In this document: positions 24,843-32,000 of the stretch, in pieces
Position numbering within the stretch: the stretch's first letter is position 1
How the letters are laid out: each line of letters starts with the position of its first letter
From: Opitutales bacterium
GTDB lineage: Bacteria > Verrucomicrobiota > Verrucomicrobiia > Opitutales > PNEW01
DNA length: 32,000 bases
Direction of reading: 5' to 3'
Assembly: GCA_965219535.1 (NCBI GenBank)
Contig: CBDCNV010000001.1
Location: 210,001 to 242,000 of the forward strand
The notes under the pieces: model-generated
Databases searched by the model: none
Told to the model about the DNA's origin: nothing
What the model saw: only the letters and a program-made list of their open reading frames with translations
Position numbers and translations under genes: made by a program

Positions 24843-26224
24843 TGATTGGACCCCGTTATTGGTACCAATTTTTAAGAGAGAGTTACCGGGTGTTAATGGT
24901 TTTAGGAGTGATGGATAGGAGAGCTCTTGGCGAAGTGAGGGCGTAGCCCGAACGCGGCCAAGAGCGGAAAGAAATCTGACAAACTCTTGCGGGCTTTTAA
25001 AGCCTAATCAACTGTGGGGATGTTTTTGGTTGTAGTTGCGACGCCATTGATCGTTTACCACTTGTGCTTCAGCCACGCTGAGCAACACTTCACGGTTCAA
25101 ACATGAGCGCTTCGCTATGTCGTCACAACGTTCCTCGGTACATCGCGTAAGCGGTTGTGAAACGATTCGATGAGACCGTTTGTTATTCTCGCTATCGCTC
25201 GTTGAGGTGTCGCTTCGCTCGGTAGCCAGGGACTACCCGGATCGATATAGATCGTCTTGATGCTCTTGTCGGACAACCACTGCTGCACTTGATGAGCGAT
25301 GAATGGTTTCGCATGTCGTCGCTTCGCTCCTCGGAACACTGCCATTATCGCTACGGATATAGCGGGGGATTCCCTCTTCATCGATAGCTTCGCTGAGAAC
25401 CGAGAGGACATCGGTTGAGGTGAGTTGACGAGCTACCCGAAGGCGCAAACATTTTCGCGTATATTCAACGATAAAGCTCATGATCTTGAGGGGACCACCA
25501 TTATCGGTGCGATCATGGACAAAGTCCCACGACCAGACGTGATTGCGATCGGTGGCTTTAGTGGGAAACCCTGTGGAGATCCCTTGACGAGGTCTGCGCT
25601 TTTTCGGTGGCTTTACCTGCAGCCCTTCTGAACGTCGTACTGCCTGAACAAACTTCCTGCTTGTTGTCCAGCCTTCCTTAACCAGCAAGGCACGAATGCG
25701 CCGGTAACCGTAGCGGGGATGTTCCCAGGACAGGGTTACAATCCGCTCGGCCAACCGCTGAGCTTTCCTACCGGCCTGCTTGGGCCGGTAGTTGTATGTT
25801 GACCAGCTGAGGCTGAGATAGGAACAAGCCCTCTAAAACGAGCACAGCCCTTTCTCAGCCACCTCCTTTACTGCTCGCTTCTTCTGCTTTGGGCTCATCA
25901 CTTTTTTGACAACGTTTCCTCCAAAACCTGATTCTTGAGCATTTGCTCAGCGAGCAGTTTCTTTAGCTCGGTATTTTCTTTTCCAACTCTTCAAATCGCT
26001 TTGCATCGGCCAGCTCCAAGTTGCCATATTTTTTACCCCAGCGATAAAAGGTCTGTTCGCTTAGGTTGTTGCCACGGCAGACTTCCTGCACGGTTTTACC
26101 GGTATCGGCTTGCCGAAGTATTGCTATTATCTGTTCTGTTGTATATCTTTTTCTTTTCATTGAGGTTATCGGTTTATCCCGATAACCTCTCTCGGTATAT
26201 GTTGCCATTTTTTTGGGCCACGCC
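24843..26224 (-). mobile_element. IS3-family insertion sequence, full-length but multiply inactivated
   Basis: The right end starts tgattggaccccgtt at 24843. The left end is near 26224 (..ggccacgcca), with a subterminal gagagaggttatcggg block shared with the other IS3 ends in the window. orfA and orfB are both present in the order expected for IS3. Confidence 0.8.
24975..26160 (-). pseudogene. IS3-family transposase orfA/orfB, disrupted
   Basis: orfA reads MKRKRYTTEQIIAILRQADTGKTVQEVCRGNNLSEQTFYRWGKKY (HTH), then a 1-nt loss before ..ENTELKKLLAEQMLKNQVLEETLSKK (leucine zipper, A-rich slippery region caaaaaag). orfB reads ..SF*RACSYLSLSWSTYNYRP..HVWSWDF..IRSDNGS..YIDPGSPW..NGLIESFHNRLRD..WRRNYNQKHPHS*LG. 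It carries in-frame TAG and TGA stops, frameshifts and three short inserts. Confidence 0.8.
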
Positions 26225-26602
26225 AGACTAAAAGCATCAAGTCTTACTCAGGAGATCTTGTCATGGATGAGGTGAAGGTAGAGCGGCTTTATCAGATCCA
26301 ACCTTGAGCAGTCCCTGAAAGACTATGGCGTCAATACTATTATTAGTGAATGTTATACAATGCTAGCCAACTTTTAACTCGTTTTATTGGCCTTTCCCCG
26401 TTTCAAGTCATGCTTTTGCATACCCTGGTAAGTTTATTTCAGGCCAACTACTGAGTAGTCTTGCTCCGTGATGGAACTGATTCACAAGGAACCAATGAGT
26501 TACCAGATACTAAAGATGAGCTGGTCACGACCATGTTACTAGTTTGATCTTGCGTTGAACTAATCGATTTGATAGTGAATCCCTTTTGAAGGGATTTATC
26601 CA

Positions 26603-27625
26603 TTGGACAACAGCCTCGAGTTAGACAAACCGGCCGACATTGGTATCATCCGTAAGTTTTACCGGGATGGACTGTTGAGCGATGATGCCTTCAAAGCTGC
26701 AAGTGGGTTACTGCGACCTGTTTCCAGTTGGTTCTCATGGGCGAGGCAGATGCTTCTTTTCTTTGGCAGTGCACTGGTGTTGGCGGGAATCATCTTTTTC
26801 TTTGCCTACAACTGGGCGGCGTTGGGAAAATTTATCAAGTTTGGATTGATTGAAGCGGGGATAATAGTCTGTATCGTTGGCTCGCACCTGCGAGAGAGAA
26901 CGCAGCTCGTAGGTAAAGTTCTACTTTTGGGCGGTGCTGTGTTGGTCGGCGTCTTCCTGGCCGTCTATGGGCAGACTTATCAGACAGGTGCTGATGCCTT
27001 TGGGTTGTTTATAATTTGGGCAATGCTGATATTAGGGTGGGTAATCGTTTCAGAATTCGACGCACTCTGGTTGGTCTGGCTTATCCTTTTGAATACTGGA
27101 GCGATACTCTACTGGCAACAAGTAGGGTATCCCTCTCGTCAGATTAGCTTTGAATATCTCTGTTTAGGGCTAGCGATTCTCAATGGCGCTGCTTTGGCTT
27201 TTCGTGAAGTGGGCGTACTTCGAGGCCTTGAGTGGCTGAGTGGCAGGTGGCTTCGAGGTATCTTGCTTATCGCTTCGCTTGTCGCACTGTCTCTGCCTAC
27301 CATCAATTGGATTGTTGATTTTCACCAACCGAAAACAGTAGACCTCATCGTCGCTTTCATATGGCCCTTTGCCGCTGTTGGCGGGTATGCTTTATATCGC
27401 TTCAAACTTCGTGACATGATTCCCCTTGCTCTCATTGTTATGAACGCGTGCATCATCTTGTTGACATTCATCGCGGAAGCCCTGTTAGACAATAAAGGTT
27501 TTGACGAAGCTGGGGCCTCCTTGTTTTTTGCCCTGATAATATTGGGCGTGGTGAGTGGCGCTGCATTCTGGCTGCGAAAGACAGCGGCGACCATGGCGAA
27601 CGAAATGAAGGACTCTGGGATATGA
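26603..27625 (+). CDS. DUF2157-like polytopic membrane protein
   Basis: 340-aa ORF with TTG start. A soluble ~45-aa N-terminus (IIRKFYRDGLLSDDAFKAA) is followed by about 9-10 TM helices. This architecture, and the position upstream of DUF4401 and GDYXXLXY genes, is the arrangement I know for DUF2157 proteins. Confidence 0.65.
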   Translation: MDNSLELDKPADIGIIRKFYRDGLLSDDAFKAASGLLRPVSSWFSWARQMLLFFGSALVLAGIIFFFAYNWAALGKFIKFGLIEAGIIVCIVGSHLRERTQLVGKVLLLGGAVLVGVFLAVYGQTYQTGADAFGLFIIWAMLILGWVIVSEFDALWLVWLILLNTGAILYWQQVGYPSRQISFEYLCLGLAILNGAALAFREVGVLRGLEWLSGRWLRGILLIASLVALSLPTINWIVDFHQPKTVDLIVAFIWPFAAVGGYALYRFKLRDMIPLALIVMNACIILLTFIAEALLDNKGFDEAGASLFFALIILGVVSGAAFWLRKTAATMANEMKDSGI

Positions 27626-28689
27626 ATGACAACAGCACTACCATCAGAGAACTGCTAACGCACCCGAAAGTCCAAGGATTGGTGAGCCCAGATGACGCGG
27701 AGAAAATCGCTGAGAGTCTGGGCAATTCTGAGCAGGCATTGAAAGACCCAATCTATATACGATTACTTTTAGGTATTGGGGCGTGGTTTTCCGCTATATT
27801 TCTAATCTTATTTCTTTATATATCCGATATACTCCAAAGCGGTACGGGAGCGATCATTTACGGTATTATCTTTCTTGTTGGAACCATCTTCATTGACAGA
27901 GCAAGCAAGGTTACCTTCCTGAATCAACTCACCCTTGCCCTGGCATTTGCGGGAAATATCCTGATCCTTGTTGGAGCAGCTGATGAGTTTGCATGGGGCG
28001 ATTTATCAAATGTTCTCACCACCCACACGGTTATATGCATCGTTATTTACCCTATATATGCCAATAGCATTTATCGTTTTATTGCCCCGATGGCGCTAGC
28101 GGTACTCGCGACGGTGTGGATTATCGAGGAGAAGATATTCGTTCTCATGCACGTTCTTATTGCCGCAGAAGCACTTCTCACAGGGATATTGCTCTTACTC
28201 AAGAAACGCCCACCATTTCTCACACCTTTAGCATACTCCGCGGCAACCATGTTACCTGCAACACTCCTTTTCATGAACCTCATGCAGACAAATACATGGA
28301 TGAGGATCGACTTTAATGAACCGATGTGGCCGTCGAGTTTACTGCTTGCGGGGGGACTATTATATCTTTTTTTTCACTTAGCGGGCGGTACGAAGGGGTT
28401 TCGTGATCCTTGGCTTATCCTTGCGTTCATATCTACACTCTTGTTGGGAATCTTTACCACCCCTGGCATCCTCGTAGCGATTGGTTTGCTTATTGTGGGT
28501 TATGCGTTTGGCGACCGAATTCTTACTGCGCTGTCTTTTCTTTTTCTGCCTTGTTTCCTCGTTGTCTTTTACTACGCCCTCAATGTCGATCTTGCTTATA
28601 AGTCCTGGGTTATTGCAGGAAGTGGAGTGCTTCTTCTTGCCGTCCGCTGGATTACGGGGCGCTGCCAGCCTGAGGAGGAGGCCGCGTGA
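27622..28689 (+). CDS. DUF4401-like polytopic membrane protein
   Basis: 355-aa ORF. Its ATG overlaps the upstream stop (ATGA). It is multi-TM throughout and sits between DUF2157-like and GDYXXLXY genes. Confidence 0.65.
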   Translation: MNDNSTTIRELLTHPKVQGLVSPDDAEKIAESLGNSEQALKDPIYIRLLLGIGAWFSAIFLILFLYISDILQSGTGAIIYGIIFLVGTIFIDRASKVTFLNQLTLALAFAGNILILVGAADEFAWGDLSNVLTTHTVICIVIYPIYANSIYRFIAPMALAVLATVWIIEEKIFVLMHVLIAAEALLTGILLLLKKRPPFLTPLAYSAATMLPATLLFMNLMQTNTWMRIDFNEPMWPSSLLLAGGLLYLFFHLAGGTKGFRDPWLILAFISTLLLGIFTTPGILVAIGLLIVGYAFGDRILTALSFLFLPCFLVVFYYALNVDLAYKSWVIAGSGVLLLAVRWITGRCQPEEEAA

Positions 28690-29205
28690 AGAATATTATT
28701 TACTGGGGCACGGGTCTGCTCGTCCTAGTCGTCGTCAACCTCCTCATTGTAAAGAAGGAAGACACCCTTGCCAATGGTCGTACCATGCTTCTGCGTCTTG
28801 CCCCCGTTGATCCTCGTTCACTCATGCAGGGCGACTATATGGTCTTGCGCTACGCCATTGCCAGAGAAGTTCAAAGAAAGGAATTACAAGGCAAGGGCCA
28901 CATTGTCGTCTCGCTTGATGAAAACGAGGTCGCTAACTTTGTAAGAGTCCACGAGGGCGATAGCCTGCATGTGGACGAGCATCTTCTCTTTTATCGTAAT
29001 CGGGGTGGCCTACGGCTCGGTGCGGAGTCATTTATGTTTCAGGAAGGCGATGCCGATCTGTACTCGAATGCACGCTATGGCGAGCTGAAAGTCGACGAAT
29101 CCGGCGCTAGTGTGCTTATCGGTCTGCGCGGAGATGACTTCGAGCCCTTGGCAAGAAAATAGGATACAAATAGATAGTCAAAAAGGATCACGATGCTACA
29201 CAAAT
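28395..29205 (+). repeat. intact partner of the inverted 0.8-kb repeat at 2472-3262
   Basis: See the feature at 2472-3262. Confidence 0.9.
28686..29162 (+). CDS. GDYXXLXY domain-containing protein
   Basis: 158-aa ORF. Its GTG overlaps the upstream stop (GTGA). One N-terminal TM helix. The literal motif GDYMVLRY (GDYxxLxY) is present, followed by FMFQEG and YGELKV blocks. Confidence 0.8.
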   Translation: MKNIIYWGTGLLVLVVVNLLIVKKEDTLANGRTMLLRLAPVDPRSLMQGDYMVLRYAIAREVQRKELQGKGHIVVSLDENEVANFVRVHEGDSLHVDEHLLFYRNRGGLRLGAESFMFQEGDADLYSNARYGELKVDESGASVLIGLRGDDFEPLARK

Positions 29206-29421
29206 AGGTAATGTGTTTGTCGTCGAATTGACAGAGTGCCTTCTTTGTATAACAACGCGATCAGCGGCAGGGTGCGGTTGACAAAAGAGGGGTTGCTTGG
29301 GGAAAAGTTAAATCCGCGATGCTTCTGTTACTGAATAAGGGGTTGAGGGTAAAAGTTTGTGGACCACACAAGCGTTATTATGTCCAGTTTTACGCGGACA
29401 GGTCACAGTTCCTCTATTTTA

Positions 29422-30657
29422 TTAAGATGATCGAACTAATTGATCCCTCCGAGGGACTATCTGCCAGAAGCGGTCCGCTTCCTCCGTAGTAACCAGGTCG
29501 AGATAATATTTGCGGATCACTGATTCAGAGTTACCCGCTTGAAGCGCAGCGTCTCCTACCGAGCGGAAGGACCCCACCGTCATCGATATATAGGTATGAC
29601 GAAGGACATTCTGAGAAAGTTTGTGCTCTTTTCGGACATGAGCCCACATGTCACTGAATCTCCTTTTGGGGATGATAGGATAGCTGGCAAGAGGATACTT
29701 CTCCAGCCACAGACTAAGGTTGGGTTGGATTTTAATGGCTCGCTTTTCCTTTACTTTCGAGACCTCCGGTTCGATAAGGATAACCCCGGTATCCATGCGG
29801 ATGTGCTTGGTTTTGAGTTTGCCCATTTCACCGTGCTCCCAGTCGGGTCTGATTCCTGCAAACAGGGCTAATGCAAAGTAGGGTACCATGCACCCGGATT
29901 CACCCCACCAGGACCTATCCATGTTCTGTTTTCCACGATAAGTTTCCAGCCATTCCATCAGTTCGGCTGCTTCATTAGCAGAGAGAATCTCTGCACTACC
30001 CCTGCGTTGCTTTATTTTATACTGGGGAACTTCCAGTATCGGGTTTTCTCCCACATATTTTTTCGACACGCAGTATTTGAAGAAAGTGCTTAGGTATCCT
30101 CGGCGGTTATTCCAGGTTTTAAGGGAGAGCACTTCTTTTGAGCGATGGTGTCGTGTATCGAGGTAAGTATTAAGCTCAGCAGGTTGAATTTCGTTAACGA
30201 TCCGTCCCCAAAAAATACCCTTTAATTTTTTCATCTCACGAGTGATGCCCTGCTTCTGGCATAATGAGATGATCCCGCGCTCCATTTCCTTGGACTTATG
30301 ATCACAATACTCTCGAACGGCCTCTTCGACGGTCATTGTCTCAGCAGCTTCTTTATAATGCCCTAAAAAATAATTAACAGCGAAAGTAAGAGATTTATTG
30401 GACTTGGCTTGGTTAAGAAGATTAATAGCTGAAATGGACTCTTTATTCTGCCCGTGGGTCAGCGTTGTCCAAACCGTCTGCCCTTCGGATTGTTCGTTTA
30501 AATAGCGGATCGATAACCGCTGACGCTCGGCGACGGCATCGTTGCGGGACTTGAAATTCTTGCGGATCTGCTTACCATTCAGGGTGCCGGACAAGCGCCA
30601 GGCTTCTGACCCACTAGGGTTGATAAACCTAGTGATCTTAAATCTCTGTTTTGCCAT
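29422..30657 (-). CDS. int: tyrosine-type site-specific integrase
   Basis: 411-aa ORF with ATG start. ALFAGIRPDW carries the box I Arg, NVLRHTYISM is the H-x-x-R region, and VIRKYYLD carries the catalytic Tyr region. The gene starts 58 bp from the 3' end of tRNA-Leu and is transcribed away from it, the classic island arrangement. Confidence 0.9.
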   Translation of the reverse strand: MAKQRFKITRFINPSGSEAWRLSGTLNGKQIRKNFKSRNDAVAERQRLSIRYLNEQSEGQTVWTTLTHGQNKESISAINLLNQAKSNKSLTFAVNYFLGHYKEAAETMTVEEAVREYCDHKSKEMERGIISLCQKQGITREMKKLKGIFWGRIVNEIQPAELNTYLDTRHHRSKEVLSLKTWNNRRGYLSTFFKYCVSKKYVGENPILEVPQYKIKQRRGSAEILSANEAAELMEWLETYRGKQNMDRSWWGESGCMVPYFALALFAGIRPDWEHGEMGKLKTKHIRMDTGVILIEPEVSKVKEKRAIKIQPNLSLWLEKYPLASYPIIPKRRFSDMWAHVRKEHKLSQNVLRHTYISMTVGSFRSVGDAALQAGNSESVIRKYYLDLVTTEEADRFWQIVPRRDQLVRSS

Positions 30658-30669
30658 CGAAATTAAAAA

Positions 30670-30689
30670 TTGCTAATTATAATTAGCAA
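30670..30689. promoter_or_regulatory. perfect 20-bp palindrome with central TATAAT, 13-32 nt upstream of the integrase ATG
   Basis: TTGCTAATTA|TAATTAGCAA is read directly from the sequence. ATTATAAT sits at the dyad, so a -10-like hexamer is embedded in an operator-like palindrome. Confidence 0.4.
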
Positions 30690-30714
30690 ATATTGACAAA
30701 ATGTCGATATATAA

Positions 30715-30800
30715 TGGTGCCCAGGGAGGGACTCGAACCCTCACGTCCTCTCGGACAACGGATTTTAAGTCCGCAGCGTCTACCATTCCGCCACCCGGGC
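30715..30800 (-). tRNA. tRNA-Leu (anticodon UAA), CCA encoded
   Basis: The reverse complement gcccgggtggcggaatggtagacgctgcggacttaaaatccgttgtccgagaggacgtgagggttcgagtccctccctgggcacca folds as a class II cloverleaf. Acceptor GCCCGGG/CCTGGGC (one G-U pair). Anticodon stem GCGGA/TCCGT with loop CTTAAAA (anticodon TAA). Long variable arm GTCC-gaga-GGAC. T arm GAGGG-ttcgagt-CCCTC. 3' CCA present. Confidence 0.95.
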
Positions 30801-30877
30801 TTATACTGACTCCTCAAACGTTTCGAGTTTTTTAAGCTATGTACAGGGGTTGGCTGAAGGCAATCAAAAATGTGTTT

Positions 30878-31027
30878 GAGTCCAAAGTCGAAGGTCCAAA
30901 GTCGAAGGATGCTTCAGTATTAGTTATTTATAGTAAAAGACAACGCGTGTATGCGATAACAGCTATTCGCCATTGTCGATTTTTAGACTATCCACCTTCG
31001 ACATTCGACCTTTGACTTTCGACTTTT
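30878..31027. repeat. imperfect inverted repeat built from GTCGAAGG-type units, flanking an ~85-bp AT-rich spacer
   Basis: The left arm is tccaaagtcgaagg in tandem twice (30881-30908). The reverse complement of the right arm (30994-31027) reads aaaagtcgaaagtcaaaggtcgaatgtcgaaggt. It lies between the exoD-like stop and the tRNA-Leu 5' side. Confidence 0.7.
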
Positions 31028-31036
31028 ACATAACAC

Positions 31037-31666
31037 TTAACACTTAAAACCTAACACTTGGTTAACTCCTTCAACGCCGACGGTGAGTACGAGATAAATG
31101 ACATAGACGTAAAGTAGGACGGCGAGAATACCGAGGACACCGGCGACACCGGCGAATATTCCATCGTCTTCACTTAAGCCGACGCCGACGACAAAGATGA
31201 CCATTGCCGGTGCGGTGTTGGTCAGCGGAATAGGGAGGATCATGAGGCAGGCCATGATGAGGACGAGAAGCCCCAAGAGGGGCAGACCCAAGCGGCTGCC
31301 GATCCAACGCAAACGGGGTTTAATCAGGTGTTCGAAACGCGAAAAGAAAAGATTGGCGGCACGGACCATTTTTCTGAAGAGCTCCCGCTTTAATTTCATT
31401 TTCTTTGCCCGGCCTGGCAGCCAGGGGGTACTGCGACCGAAAATCATTTGCAGACTGAGGATGGCAATCAAAATACCGAAAGGTGTGCTGTACCCGGCGG
31501 CCGGCACGGGGAGGGCGCTGGGTATGGCCAATACTACGAGGAGCACCCCAAATCCCTTATCGCCGACTTGTGAAAATACATTATTCAAGGTGATGCCATC
31601 CGCATCGTCCAGGGATGAGAGTAGACGATTAAGACAGTGGGATAGACTTTCACGATCGTCGGGCAT
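31037..31666 (-). CDS. exoD: ExoD-family (exopolysaccharide synthesis) membrane protein
   Basis: 209-aa ORF with ATG start. ITLNNVFSQVGDKGFGVLLVVLAIPSALPVPAAGYSTPFGILIAILSLQMIFGRSTPWLPGR and FEHLIKPRL match the conserved ExoD blocks. Confidence 0.75.
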   Translation of the reverse strand: MPDDRESLSHCLNRLLSSLDDADGITLNNVFSQVGDKGFGVLLVVLAIPSALPVPAAGYSTPFGILIAILSLQMIFGRSTPWLPGRAKKMKLKRELFRKMVRAANLFFSRFEHLIKPRLRWIGSRLGLPLLGLLVLIMACLMILPIPLTNTAPAMVIFVVGVGLSEDDGIFAGVAGVLGILAVLLYVYVIYLVLTVGVEGVNQVLGFKC

Positions 31667-31830
31667 CAGTTATTGAATAGCTATTGGCGATGAAATTTCA
31701 AGGGTCTAGGGTGAAATCAATTTTTTTAATTGCTCGGTGTTATATTCGTGCTCACACTGAATTATCGTTAATGGAATAACTTTGTATGCCCAGAGTATTA
31801 ATTACACTACTGCAATAAATCGAAGACCTC

Positions 31831-32000
31831 GTGAATATTGAGGGAATCAAATCAGGATATCTGGGCGGAACTTTTGATCCTATACACTTGGGCCACCTGA
31901 TCATTGCCCAGGATGTCTATGAAAAATTAAATCTTGAGCGTGTCTATTTCGTCCCCGCCGCGCAAAACCCCTTAAAAGATGAGCCGCCGACTTGTTTAAA
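31831..32000 (+). CDS. nadD: nicotinate-nucleotide adenylyltransferase, N-terminal part (runs off the window)
   Basis: From GTG 31831: [49 protein letters not shown]. It contains the nucleotidyltransferase [11 protein letters not shown] motif, and the FVPA..NPLK block is typical of NadD. The start codon is uncertain. Confidence 0.8.
   Translation, partial: MNIEGIKSGYLGGTFDPIHLGHLIIAQDVYEKLNLERVYFVPAAQNPLKDEPPTCL

Noticed and set aside
1-30714. An exact direct repeat of the tRNA-Leu 3' end (a clean attR) that would define the island boundary
   Set aside because: Reading by eye, I could not find a perfect repeat of 15 bp or more of tggtgcccagggagggactcgaaccc. Only the two degenerate matches reported as findings turned up. 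A computational search is needed.
31197-31676. 159-aa + strand ORF antisense to the exoD-like gene, and similar antisense ORFs (20136-20546, 23563-23751, 27322-27725, 29539-29871)
   Set aside because: Each lies entirely within a longer opposite-strand ORF that has clear family motifs. Their composition is Arg/Ser/Pro-biased.

Overview
No tools were used. All family calls rest on motifs read directly from the sequence and the ORF track. This is bacterial chromosomal DNA with no rRNA and no CRISPR array. Almost the whole window is a heavily rearranged accessory region attached to a tRNA-Leu(UAA) gene.

Right edge (core genes): partial nadD, an exoD-like gene, and tRNA-Leu at 30715-30800. A tyrosine integrase starts 58 bp from the tRNA 3' end.

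Moving left from the integrase:
- a DUF2157/DUF4401/GDYXXLXY membrane operon
- a multiply disrupted IS3-family element
- a 5-kb block bracketed by inward-facing IS3 ends (transglutaminase-like protein, TauE/SafE permease, small secreted protein, then Nudix, 2H phosphoesterase and two SAM methyltransferases)
- more IS3 debris and a TonB-dependent receptor
- an orphan HEPN-motif (RNAIAH) protein on an AT-rich cassette nested in an IS3 remnant
- a GC-rich pair of translationally coupled genes
- an AIPR abortive-infection gene with a divergent small gene plus a frameshifted gene
- a membrane protein flanked by 326-360 bp direct repeats
- four arrays of an 8-9 bp TTGACTCGG unit, two of them next to sequences resembling the tRNA-Leu 3' end
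- a bPH-domain membrane protein and a 5'-truncated surface protein
- an IS1595-family element with 22-bp inverted repeats
- an inverted, pseudogenised 0.8-kb copy of the DUF4401/GDYXXLXY genes
- an IS5-family remnant and an unclassified 461-aa membrane protein

My reading is tandem accretion of integrative elements at tRNA-Leu, later scrambled by IS activity. The candidates most worth follow-up are the orphan HEPN cassette, the AIPR locus, the att-like cores with their 9-mer arrays, the Nudix/2H/methyltransferase operon, and the integrase-proximal DUF2157-DUF4401-GDYXXLXY operon. None of these can be called novel without database searches.
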